Shown here piece after piece: positions 36,681 to 47,601 of a DNA stretch of 64,000 nt (positions are counted from its first letter, which is position 1; every line of letters starts with the position of its first letter). The notes under the pieces were generated by a model, which was not told where the DNA came from, did not search any database, and was given only the letters and a program-made list of their open reading frames with translations. Location of the stretch: assembly GCA_013239625.1 (NCBI GenBank), contig MU053933.1:436001-500000 (forward strand). The letters run 5' to 3'. Both the position numbers and the translations under genes were made by a program. The DNA is from Lama guanicoe (taxonomy: Eukaryota).

Positions 36681-38902
36681 GAGCCAGCGCTGATGCTGGG
36701 AGCTGGCACTGGTGGGGAGGTGCATCTGGGAGGTGGACATCAGCCCTTGCCTGGACAGCTGACCGCAAACTGCAGACGGGGGTGGCAGGACAAGAGACAG
36801 CAGGAGAGGACTTTGATGGACTCAGTAACTTCTCTCAGATGGTCCAGCCGAGATGCAGACACATCTTATTCAATTTGGCTGCTAGAACGTTCTCTTACCC
36901 TTCCGGAATCTGACTAATTACTTTAACAACATGCTAACAGCAGTGGAAGGAGTGGTCACCCCCAGTCTCAGTGTCTCGGAAAATTGTCTTTATTTTCCCT
37001 GTTCCCTTCCAGGTTTTTTTTTTTTTAACCTTATTTAAATTCTGTAACCCATGCAGTTTTGTATTCTGCTTTCTTCATTTACCATCATATCACCTGAAGT
37101 TTTCCAAGAAGCAACCCGATCTTCATAATTATGATGTCCCGCGTTTGAGCAGTAGCAGTGCCCTGTAGCTGTGGTGTCACACGCTTGTGCTGTTTCCCTG
37201 GGGAGGGGGGGACTCTGACATCCTGCTCTGAAAACTGGAACTTTCACTAGAATTGTGAGACGGTTACGGAGAATTCTGTCATAACTGAGTTTCAATCAAC
37301 TAATAATGTAACCTGCATGTCCTTTTCCCTTTAAAGGAAGTGGGAGGGTTGAGTGGTGGCTATTCCTAAAGTCTCTGGATTTTAAAAAAGCACCAGCCAG
37401 CACCCCCTCTGGCAACAAAACACTCCCCTCCTGCGTCTCAAGGCTCAGTCCGCTGAGAACTGGGTTCCCCTCCCAGGCACGGATTTGCCCACAAAGCTTT
37501 GCACGAAACACCTGCAGAGGTTCCAGATCTCCTAGACTGTGGCCTCCGGGGGAGCATCCAGTCCCTGCCATGAGAATGCACGGTTGGAGTACAGCTATGA
37601 AAACACTCCGCTCAGTAATGTGAAAAAACATGAGACTCCGCTGACAGAGAGGACTGTTGCCAGCCGAACTGCCACGCCGCTGGCGTCACGAGTTGCAAGT
37701 TCCCCTCAAGACCAGGGCCTCCTGACAGCTCAGCGCCCGCAGGGGACGTGCACCGGCTTGACTCCACTTCCAGACTGGCGGAAAACACAATGCCAGCGTT
37801 TCCAGATCAGAGCTTTCAAATGGATTCCAATCGCATATGGCTCCAGGCAAAGAGCACATGTTTTAAATTTAGAAGCTAATATCATAAATGAGCAATCTGC
37901 TGGAACGGGTTAGAGGTACAAACCCGTGGAAAATACAGCACGAATTTCAGATGCTTTTCTTGTGAAATTAGTCACCCGATTAACGACACGTGGAGCAGCT
38001 AGATTCTTGCACTAAACAACAAAACCTGTAAGAAATACGCCACGGTTCGTGCTTCATGGCCCAGGAACGCATTAGGAGGGAGTGGATCTGTACTCAAGGG
38101 GCATCCATGCTCCCTCCGGCATGGTCCCTTCCCGACTGGAGCCTGAGAGCTCTTCCGCTGCATAAAGAACCGGGTCCTGAGTCCCCTGCTGGGCGAGGGC
38201 AGGGCTGCTGCTGGGGAGGCCCCTGGGCTGCCAAGAATCTCCAGGCACACTGGCTGAGCTGGTATTCTGCAGCCACAGTCAGGTTATCGACAATCGAATG
38301 CTCACAATCTTGGCTAGAATCCTCAGTGTTTCTACCCTGACAAAGTTCAGGTGTCCTGCTGACAGGCGCGTGGGTTCATGAGGATCAGAGCTGGACACGG
38401 GAGATGATGGAAGGGCGGTGTCCCCAGGAGCGCCCATCCTGCCCCCTTGGACACAGGTCAGGCTGCTGGAAAAAACAAGGGCCTGGACCCGTGGACCCAG
38501 GGAATCCTGTGTGCCTCCCTGAGATAAATGTCAACTCCTGAATCCAGGTTCACGGCCATGGCCTGGGGAGGCCACAGGGCAGCGGTGCCCTGTGATCACG
38601 CCTGGGCGAGAACTGGGTTTATTGCCTGGGGCCACATTTTACAAGGGAGGGACGCTGTAAAGCCAAAGGGCAGCAGCAGAGGGTGTCCTGCCAGTGAACT
38701 GAAATCCAAGTCAGAGGGACGACAGAAGGGTCGGGAGAGAAGGACTGCGCCGTTGACCGCATCTCAAGGTCTGCCCTACAGATGGGGGATGAGCCTTCGG
38801 ATGTCAGAAGTTGGCTGATTTTGTAGCAACACAAAGAACTTTCCAACGAGTCATGCTGCCCCGCCCATGGCCGCCTTGAAAACTACTTAAAGATCTGGGA
38901 GG

Positions 38903-39192
38903 TGGATTCGCTTCCTGGGGCTGCTGTGATGAAACACCACGACCTTGGGGGTTGAAGATGATGGAGACACATCCTCTCAGCGTCTGGAGGGCAGAGGCCC
39001 GCCAACGTCGTCACGGGCCCATGTCAAGGTGTCGGCAGGGCCAGGCTCCCTCCAGGGGTCTGGGGAGAACCCCCCTTTGCCTTCCCCTCCTTCCGGGGGG
39101 CCGCGCGAATTCCTTGGCTTGCGGCCACATCACTCCCATCCTCAGGGCCAGCATCTTCAATTCTCTCTCGCTCCCTTGTCACACGGCTTTGT

Positions 39193-39234
<42 letters not shown>

Positions 39235-39417
39235 CTCTGCTGGCTCTCTTACAGGGACACGTGTGATTGCATTTAGGGCCACCCTGGATAATCCATGATA
39301 ATCTCTTCTTCAGATCCTTAATCACACTTGCAAAGATGCTTTTTCCAAATAAGGTCCGATTTACAAGTTCCAGGGATTAGGAGCTGCTGTCTTTGGAGGG
39401 CACTATCCAGTCTACTT
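38903..39417 (-). mobile_element. MLT1D/E-like solo LTR containing (TG)19 at 39195-39232
   Basis: ttcctggggctgctgtga...tgtgattgcatttagggcccaccctggataatcc...ttccagggattagga. Confidence 0.8.
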
Positions 39418-41321
39418 CTGTGGTGGGGTAGTTTAGGACTGCAGCCCAGGACCTTTGTCACTGGTTATTAGACGGCTTTGCCATTTATTCTCTGCTTGAC
39501 CTTTCTAGACCTCAGTCTCGTTCTCTGTAAAATGGGAACATAGTAGAACCCACTACCTGGTTTTGTTGGAAGGACTGCAAGGAATAACCCGCCCAGTGCG
39601 CACAGCCCGCAGCCGGTGGTGGCTCTGAGTGTGTCACTGATGGCTTGGATGGCAGTGTGACGTGTGTGGTGGGCGGGGTGCTCACCGCCCCGGGAGTGCC
39701 CCCGCAGCCCCAAGTCCCCACGGTGCTACAACACGGGCCACGCTGACTTAGATGTCCCGTGTGTGTGTCTGGCATCGCTGGGGGCCAGAATCCATCCTCG
39801 TTTCCACCACTGGCTGTGACGGTGCTAGGTACACAGCAGATGCTCAATAAATGCTGAACTGTATGAAATTGCCACTGCAATTGCTCAAAAATGGTTAAAT
39901 TCGGACAATGGCAAGTCCCTAAAAGTAACACGGAGAAAGAGCTACACAGATACTCAGTGGTCGCACTCTCCCCAGGGAGGGTCTGTTACTTGGGACGAGA
40001 AGCCACATGCTCATAGTCTCTCAGCTGCAGAAACCACTGCCGGACGGCAGCTCCTGCAGGTGCCTCTGAGGGTTTCAGAGCCATCGGAACGGCCGGGTTG
40101 GCGACTCCTCTGCCCAGTGATCTAGGAACACACTGGCATCTTAATTCAAAGAGTGAGCATGTCTCCAGCCAGCCCGATGCCCTCTCAGACGCTCCCTAAA
40201 CATCATCCCTGGGTCTCCCGGTACCTGGGGGGCCCTTTCCGTTTTAATCCCCCCGACCTGGAGGTGCTCTCTAAAGAATGTGCTTGTAAAGGACTACTCC
40301 ACACAGGCCCAGGATGTGGGTTTGTTCTCAGTCCCATGACGAGTCTGATGCCCAGAGGGCAACCGAGAGGCGGGGCCGCAGCCCCAGTGGGAGCCGGCCC
40401 TCAGGCCTCGTGCCCACCCCCGTCCCCTGTCCTGTTTGCTGGGTGTCATGTCATCACCGTGGGACTGAAACAATGCTCGGGGTTTTGTGGTCTGACTGCA
40501 CGAGATAGAATTTTCGGCGCTTTTTGCCGATTTTTAGAAAAATTGTAGCCCTTCCTCACTTTCTTGGTGAGACATGTCCCTGGGGACAGGCTGCAGAGCT
40601 TAGACCTCCAGTAAGGGGCGTTCTGATTTCAGGGTCCCGGTGACTGGGGGTTGAGGGCAAGATCCATAGTCCCAGGGCCCCAGCTGCTGGCCAGTCCTCA
40701 GCTGTAACACAGGACAGTGTCATAAAGAATGAACATTTATGAGTCAAAGATGTGGATAAATACTGGACAATTCAGTGAAAGGACAGATGCTGCTTCTTCA
40801 AAGTGCACTGCCTCCCCACACAAGGAGAGTCTTCCGGAAACTGCATGAGTTTAGATGGAGGGAGGGCTGGGCTCCCCTCCCTCTCCAGCATCCAACAGTC
40901 TATACCCCCTGCTTTGTGGGGTTCTGCAGGGGCTCGTGGGGGCTGTGGGGGGGACATATTCACAGGGCACTGTGGTTTATGCTGGCAGCTCGGGGAGGAG
41001 GGCACTGCAGGACCGAGTTGCAGGACGAGAGTGGGGCACCAACTTTGATCCTGAGTCTCCCAGCAGCCAAGACAAAAAGAAACGCATTGAATTGTACCAG
41101 TTTTTATCTGTTACCGAAAGGAAGCATACACACTTGTCTGGAAAGACCTTTTTTTTTTTGGTAATACTAGAAAGCATTTAGCCTAAAGATCCTTACATGA
41201 AGGGCTTTGGAAATGTTGCACATATTTTAATTCTTTTTTTTTTTTAACCATGGTTTTGCAAAAGATTGTTTTTTTAAAAAATTTCTTAACTTATTTCTCA
41301 TGGAACTCAAATTCTGATGTT

Positions 41322-41451
41322 AAAACAAGTTTCTACTGTATAGGAACAGGGAACTATACTCAATATCTCGTAGTCACGTATAATGAAAAAGGGTATGAGA
41401 AGGAATATACGTATGTGTGTGTGTGGCTGAAACGCCGTGCTGTACACCCGA
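41322..41451 (+). mobile_element. L1 3' UTR fragment, camelid-like
   Basis: aaaacaagtttctactgtataggaacagggaactatactcaatatc...gtgctgtacacc. Confidence 0.75.
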
Positions 41452-41603
41452 GTCCTGCTTCTCCAGGGGCCACCGTTTCAGCGGCGAATTATCCAAGCAG
41501 AAGTCCCTGGGCAAGCGATCAGGCACATGTGCATCGGAGGACCAGGCCCCCTGAATCTGGGCTGGGGGGCTGTTTATAAACGAAGCACAGAAACGTCATG
41601 CCG

Positions 41604-41960
41604 CGTGGTCACCTGCTCAGGCCGCTGTGGCGCGTAGTGCAGAACAGACCCTCTCGGGGTCCGGGTGCTGGGTGCCCAGGATCAAGGTGCTGGCCAGCTG
41701 GCGCCTCCGGAGGCCTCTTGGCCTGAAGACGGCCGGCTTCTCCCCGTGTCCCCACGTGGTCGTCCCTCTGCGAGTCTGGGGCCCAGTCTCCTCTCCTTGT
41801 AAGGACACTAGCCTTACTGGCTTAGGGCCCACGCCAATGACCTCGCTTTAGCTTAGTAACTTCTTCAAAGACTCCACCTCCAAATACAGTCTGTTCTGAG
41901 GTACTGGGGGTTAGGACCCCGACACATGAATTTTAGGGGAGCACAGCTCAGCCCGAGGCA
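41604..41960 (-). mobile_element. MLT1B-like solo LTR
   Basis: gatcaaggtgctggc...taaggacactagcc...ccaaatacagtc...ctgaggtactgggggttaggac. Confidence 0.8.
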
Positions 41961-41984
41961 CACCGCAGTGGTCATTACCACAGG

Positions 41985-42615
41985 AACCTCGAGTTGTTTC
42001 CGTGTCTTGGCTGTTGTAAATGGGGGAGCAGTGAACCTGGGGGAGCAGTGTCTTCCAGAGACAGTGATTTCATTTCCTTCAGACAAACGCCCAGGAGCAG
42101 AATTGCTGGACATGGGAGTTTTACTTTTAATTTCTTGAGGAGCTTCCGTACTGTTTTCCATGGTGGTGGCACCAACTTACATCTCTGCCCACAAGGCACA
42201 AGGGTCGCCTTTGCTCCGGACCCTCCCCAGCACTTGTTATCTGTCGTCTTCGGAGAGCAGCTATTCTGACAGGTGTGAGGTGACCCCCCATCGTGGTTTT
42301 GTGTGCGTCTCCCTGAGGATTAGCGGCGGTGAGCACCCTTCCGCTTACCTGCTGACCATCTGTGTGTCTTCTTTGGAAAACTGTCTATTCAGATCCTTTG
42401 CCCATTTTTAAATGGGATGATTATGATGACGATACTTTCTGCGGTTGCATGGTCTGCTTCTCACGTGTGTTTTGGACGCTGAGCCCTCCCCGACATGACC
42501 AGCAGGCCTCCTCCCGGCCTGCAGGCGGCCTTCTCGTTCTGAGGGCGGCGCCCTCGCTGTGCGGGAGCGTCTCCGTCTGCCGTCGGCCACTCGTTGACTT
42601 TTGCTCCCGCTGCTT
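41985..42615 (-). mobile_element. L1MA-like ORF2 3' fragment, strongly GC-shifted
   Basis: Minus-strand ORF 41975..42199 reads PPWKTVRKLLKKLKVKLP; ttctttggaaaactgtctattcagatcctttgcccatttttaa. Confidence 0.85.
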
Positions 42616-42658
42616 CTCTCTGACGTTCTCTGCATCTTCCTCCCTCCGCACGTCCTAG

Positions 42659-42913
42659 ATTGCCCGCCCATCAGAGACCACGTGACCCTCAACGTCACCA
42701 GCAGCAGCTTTCAAGTGTCCTGGCGTTTAAATTCCACCCAGAACCACAGTGTCCAGGTGCAGGTGTACAAGGGTGAGGAGCTGCTCAGGACTTCCAGGAC
42801 CCGGGGGACGAGCCTGGAGGTGGCCGGGCTGGAGGCTGGAGTGCGGTACGGGGTGAAGACCAGCTACCAGGCGTGTGGGGCCAACATCACCGCTGCACTG
42901 ACGGTCAAGACCG
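42659..42913 (+). CDS. UMODL1: UMODL1 exon 7: fibronectin type III domain 1
   Basis: DCPPIRDHVTLNVTSSSFQVSW...GLEAGVRY...TVKT; TAG acceptor, GTAAGG donor; 255 nt. Confidence 0.95.
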
Positions 42914-43042
42914 GTAAGGCTGCTCGTCCAAAGCCACGTTCCCTGTCAGCTTGTTTCTGGCTCAGTTCTGTTGGCGCCGATGATTCAAATCATTGTGCTT
43001 CCTATGAGCTGGGTTGGGGGTCACTGACCCGGCCCAGCTGGG

Positions 43043-43155
43043 TAGCGTGACCAACCCTATCATTTTGCCTGGGACAGAGGAGGCTCCTGAGAGGTGGGAA
43101 TTTGGGTGGGAAAACTGGAAAATTTGGGCAAATTGGGGTAAATTTGTTACCCGCA
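43043..43155. mobile_element. MER81/MER94-like hAT MITE
   Basis: tagcgtgaccaac...tgcctgggac...aaaactgg...gggcaaattggg...gttaccc; degraded terminal inverted repeats. Confidence 0.5.
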
Positions 43156-43509
43156 TTTTGGGGGCTCGGGTGGTGTGCGGCCTGAGGACCGGCTGGGGTG
43201 TGTGGTTGTGAAAAGGGCCAAGGAGAGCAGCAGTCGTGATGTGGGAGGAGTTGCTGGAGGGGCCACGTGCGCTGGGGAGCCCCGGCTCCCGCGGGTGTGA
43301 GCGTGTGACGTTGGTACTCACTCTGCAGGTGTCTCTGCTCGGGCTCTGGAAGTGTGTGTTTGTGCCCGGGGGGCCTTCTCCCCCGCGCTGAGACATACAC
43401 TCCTTGTGCTCCTTCTCCCGATTTGGCGACCAAACCTAAGACTCATGCCTCAATCTTTTTTTTTTTTTTAATTTCCCCTTCAAAGAGCAGGGAAAGGGGG
43501 GGCACTGGC

Positions 43510-44210
43510 TGTAATTTCTCCATTTTCCTTTCTTATTTTGTTTATGTGTGTCCTCTCTTTCCTTCTGGGTGAGCCCGGCCAGAGGTCTGTCAATTCTGTT
43601 TACTCTTTCAAAAAACCAGCTCTTGCTGTGATCGATTTTTACTGTTTTTTAATCTCTATTTTATTCATTGCCTCCTGGTCTTTATTATTTCCTTCCTCCT
43701 GCTGCCTCCGGGTTTTGCTTGCGCTTCTTTTTCTAGCTCTTTCAGGTGGTGGGCTAGGCTGTTTGTTTGAGATTGTGCTTGGTTTTTGAAGAAGGCCTGT
43801 ACCGCCGTGAGCCTCCCTCTTAGGACTGCTTTTGCTGCGTCCTGTAGATTTTGTGTTGTTTTTTCATTGTCATTTGTCTCAAAGTGTTTTGATTTCTTCT
43901 TTGAGTTCATCACTGACCCACTGGTGTTTTAGAAGCATGCTGTTTAGTCTCCAGGCTGTCATTTTTTTCTCATTTGTTTTTCTGTAGTTGATTTTTAGTT
44001 TCATGGCATTGTGGTCAGAAAGATGCTTAAAATAATTTCTATCCTCTTAAATTTGTTGAGGCTTCTTCCGAGCCTGAGTATGTGATCTACCCTAGAGAAT
44101 GTTCCATGCGCACTTGAAAAGAGTGTATTTTATGTTTTGGGGGATGTAATGTCCTAAAAATATTGACCAAGTCCAACTCCTCTGCTGTGTTGTGTAGTGT
44201 CACCGCTGCT
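43510..44210 (-). mobile_element. L1 ORF2 N-terminal-region fragment
   Basis: Minus-strand ORF 43665..43913 reads QNLQDAAKAVLRG...HLKELEKE...SRRKEIIK, typical of L1 ORF2. Confidence 0.92.
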
Positions 44211-44300
44211 TTGCGTGGAGGAAATTGGAAAATGCTGACAGGAAGGCACGTGACTCGTGCTCACCGGATTGCAGCTAATTTGCATTGTCTTCTGTCTCAG

Positions 44301-44413
44301 ATGCCTGGGTCTTTGAAGTCACGGTGAGGATCCTAAACCACAATGTGACGGAGAGGCTGCTGGACCGCAGCAGCCCTGAGTACCTGAACTTCTCCCGACA
44401 GCTGCTACACGAG
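44301..44413 (+). CDS. UMODL1: UMODL1 exon 8: SEA domain 1, N-terminal half
   Basis: DAWVFEVTVRILNHNVTERLLDRSSPEYLNFSRQLLHE; CAG acceptor, GTAAAG donor; 113 nt. Confidence 0.94.
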
Positions 44414-45830
44414 GTAAAGCCGGGAGAGGAGCTTCCCCCGGGTCCAAGCCAGAAACCCGCGCTAGCCCGCCTGTGCCGCTGAACGCCCTGTGCGCTTGTG
44501 GGACAAGCACACGCCACCACGCTTGGGGAGGGGCCGTGCCCAAATCCCACAGTGATTACTCAAAGTGCCCCCTTTTATGGGGCGCTTAATCTAGATCTGG
44601 GGCCAAACCACCCCTATGCACACGGGCTGTGCCACTTGGTGGCTCAGCTGGGCTTTCTGGGGGACCTGGGGCCTCTGCCCTGCTGCTCTGGGGCAGCTTT
44701 TTAAGGATGCATTTACCACTGATTCTGGCATCCATTCCTCCCTGGGGCTGGAGGGAGGTATCAGAACACAGCCTGGGAGAACCTGGATGCTGAGTTGGAG
44801 TGAAAAGCGACTTGCTGAACTGTCCAGAACTGTGACTTTGTCCTTCCTGCAAGCTAGTAAGTTAGCCTGTGCCGTGGATGCTGGCAGAGGACATGAGATG
44901 CCTGGGTCAGAGACAAAGGACTTCATCACTCACAGCCCCGCAGGCACGAGCACAACTTTGGTGCCAGGTCCCTAGGGGGTGACACAGAGGGAACCAGGCA
45001 GGTGGCACACCTGCAGTGGACCAGTGTCACCGCCGAGGACCCGCAAGCCAACTCGCCTATGTGTGCTCCAGAAAGAGATGTGAACTTTATGACATCCGAC
45101 AGTGAGCAGATCTGCCCTTGCTCTGGGCAGGGCCATTCTCTCTCTCCCAAAGCTGTTCATCATACAAACGACTTGGAAAGATATTCTGGAGCAAGAGGGC
45201 AGTTAGGGCTTCTACTTACAAGATGTATGGACGTGGGAGAGAAGGAAGGAGGGTCGCCCCTCAGTGTGCACCTGCAGGGGGAGTCATTTTTAGAACTTTC
45301 TTGGAGAATTCTCTCTCCTTTTTAGCAGGAGTTCGCCTGCATGTGCAGGAGTGGTGTGGGAGGAAGGTGGGGCAAGGCTGGTGTCTCCCCTGCTCGGGCA
45401 CGGCTGGCCCTAAGCCCCTGGCTGTGCCTGGGTGCTGCCTAGGGGATACAGCCCAGTGAGGGGGAGCAGCTCCAAAGAGCCACAGGATTGTCCCTCAGCA
45501 GCCCCTCCCCTCTTGGCCACTCAGTCTAGAGGTCAATCCCACTGTCTGTCTGTCTCTCACAAATTACCTTCCTACCAGTTTCCGGAGCACCCAGAGCAGG
45601 CTGTGCATGATGGGGCCCAGACTGCAGTAGTCTCTGAGTTCTCACAAAGGCAGACAGACCCAGCCTCCAGTCCCAGGGGCGCCGTGAGCTGGGGGGCCTC
45701 CTGGCCATAAAGGGGACACATAGACTCTGGGCCCCTTTCGATGGTCTCGCCTGGGGCCCCGCTAGACCATTCTGAAGATGTGATGGGAGAGTCTGCTCTG
45801 TCTGAGTGTCTGTTGCCTCTTCTGGGCCAG

Positions 45831-46050
45831 GTTGAAAACTCCTTCCCGCCAGCGGTTTCCGATCTGTACAGAAGAGGGAAGCTGAGGGTACAGATCGTGT
45901 CCCTCCAGGCTGGAAGCGTGGTCGTGAGGCTCAGACTCACAGCATGGGACCCCGAGTTCCCAGTGGGTGTGTCCACGCTGGCCCCCATGCTCCCGCCACT
46001 GTGGGCGAGCAGCGTGTTCCGGATCGACCCGCAGGGGACACGTGTGCAAG
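45831..46050 (+). CDS. UMODL1: UMODL1 exon 9: SEA domain 1, C-terminal half
   Basis: VENSFPPAVSDLY...QAGSVVVRL...GTRVQ; CAG acceptor, GTGAGT donor; 220 nt. Confidence 0.95.
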
Positions 46051-46514
46051 GTGAGTCCTCATCCCCTCACCTGGGCGCCGCCGCAATGCCCTCGAGTCCA
46101 GGCAGTGTTGTTTCTGCTCAATGTTCACTTTATTCTGAAAGGTAGTTAAAGAAAATGAACCCTGAGCCCTGCCCCTGGGTTCCTCCACGGGGCCCTCAGG
46201 CCACAGCCCCCGCCAGTGAGCCCGCCTGCACCCCGCACCTCCTGGTGGGAGAAGCGACCCCGTGGAGCCCGGGGAAGCTTATTCCCTTGGATGATGCTTC
46301 TGGGGCCGTGGGCCCAGAACCGAGGAGGGAACCGGGCTGGGGGGTCCCCAAGGGGCAGGAAGGCGGGGAGCTCACTGTGTCTGCGTCCAAGTCCAAGCAC
46401 CGCCCGGCCGCTGGACCTCACACTGACACATGGATCTACTTCAGGAGACCGAACGTTCTGTAATTCTACTTGGAGTTGCCTTGAGGCAGGAAGTCACAGG
46501 TCAGCAGAAGAGTG

Positions 46515-46650
46515 GGGAGGGGACAGAGACAGAGAGAGAGATGGAGGATACGGTCAGAGATAAGACAGAGACGGAGACACCGAGAGACAGAGAGAGATGT
46601 GGGGGGAGCAGAAGGGACGAGGGGAGGTGAGAGACAGAAGCAGGGACAGA
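46515..46650. repeat. GA-rich low-complexity tract
   Basis: Direct reading. Confidence 0.8.
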
Positions 46651-47168
46651 GGCGGTGCGCTGTCGTGTCGGGAAGGCTTTGCCGTCATACTCCGGGATGC
46701 AGGTCCTGCGCGCAGTGAGGGCACCGCGGTCCCTACGTCAGAGAGCCTGTTTGGGGCCCAGTCTGTGGGATGGGCGTCCCTCTGACCCCGCAGTGGAGCT
46801 GGGTCCCAGAGTGAGCCCTGCAGTGCCCTTTGAGCTCCGTCGTGTGTCGGCTTGCTGTCCCAACCGCCCCCGCCCCGACCCAACCCAGGGAAGGCCGTGG
46901 GAAAGTCACGCCTGAAGTCACACCTGGGAAGCACCTGCCTGCGTAGCCTGGGGTCTCCCTGAGTGGCCCTCGGCACCTGGGTGGCCCTGCCTGCCTGGGC
47001 TCAGGGGCTAAGAGCCAGGCAGGCACTGGGCACCAAGTGGGTGTGTCCTTAGTGTGCGCCCCCAGAGCCCACCTGAGACAGAGCTGAGCAGCCATCAGGT
47101 GGCCCAGCCCAGGCCTCCAGCGATGCTTCCCAGCCAGGTCCCCGTGCACCTGGGCGTAGGTCAAACGA

Positions 47169-47601
47169 TGCAGTGTGCTGAGTGGTGGCCCCAAAAGACA
47201 GTACACTCAGAACTTTAAATGTGACCGTATTTGGAAGAAAGGTCTTTGCAGGTGAAATTAAGGTAAGGCTCTGAAATCGTCCTGGATCAGGGTGGGCCCT
47301 AAATCCAGTGACAGTGTCGTTAGAAGGAACAGAAAAGGAGGAGACCCAGGGCCACTGGAGGAGGCACATGAAGATGGAGGCAGAGGCTGGAGGCATGCGG
47401 CCACAAGCCAAGGAAGCCCAGGGGCCACCAGAAGCTGGAAGAGGCAGGAAGGACTCCCCTGAGAGCCCCAGAGGGCACTGGGCCCTGCCGACAGTTTGAT
47501 TTTGGACTCTGACCTCTAGGACTGGAGAGTGCATTCTGTTGCTTTAAGCCAGCTTGACAGCATGCGACAGTTTGTCATGGCAGCCTCAGCAAACTTACAC
47601 A
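47169..47601 (+). mobile_element. MLT1 full-length solo LTR, sense to the gene
   Basis: TG...CA; gtgaccgtatttggaa...ggtctttgcagg...ccacaagccaagga...cagaagctggaagaggcaggaagga...tttgtcatggcagcc...aaacttacaca. Confidence 0.88.
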
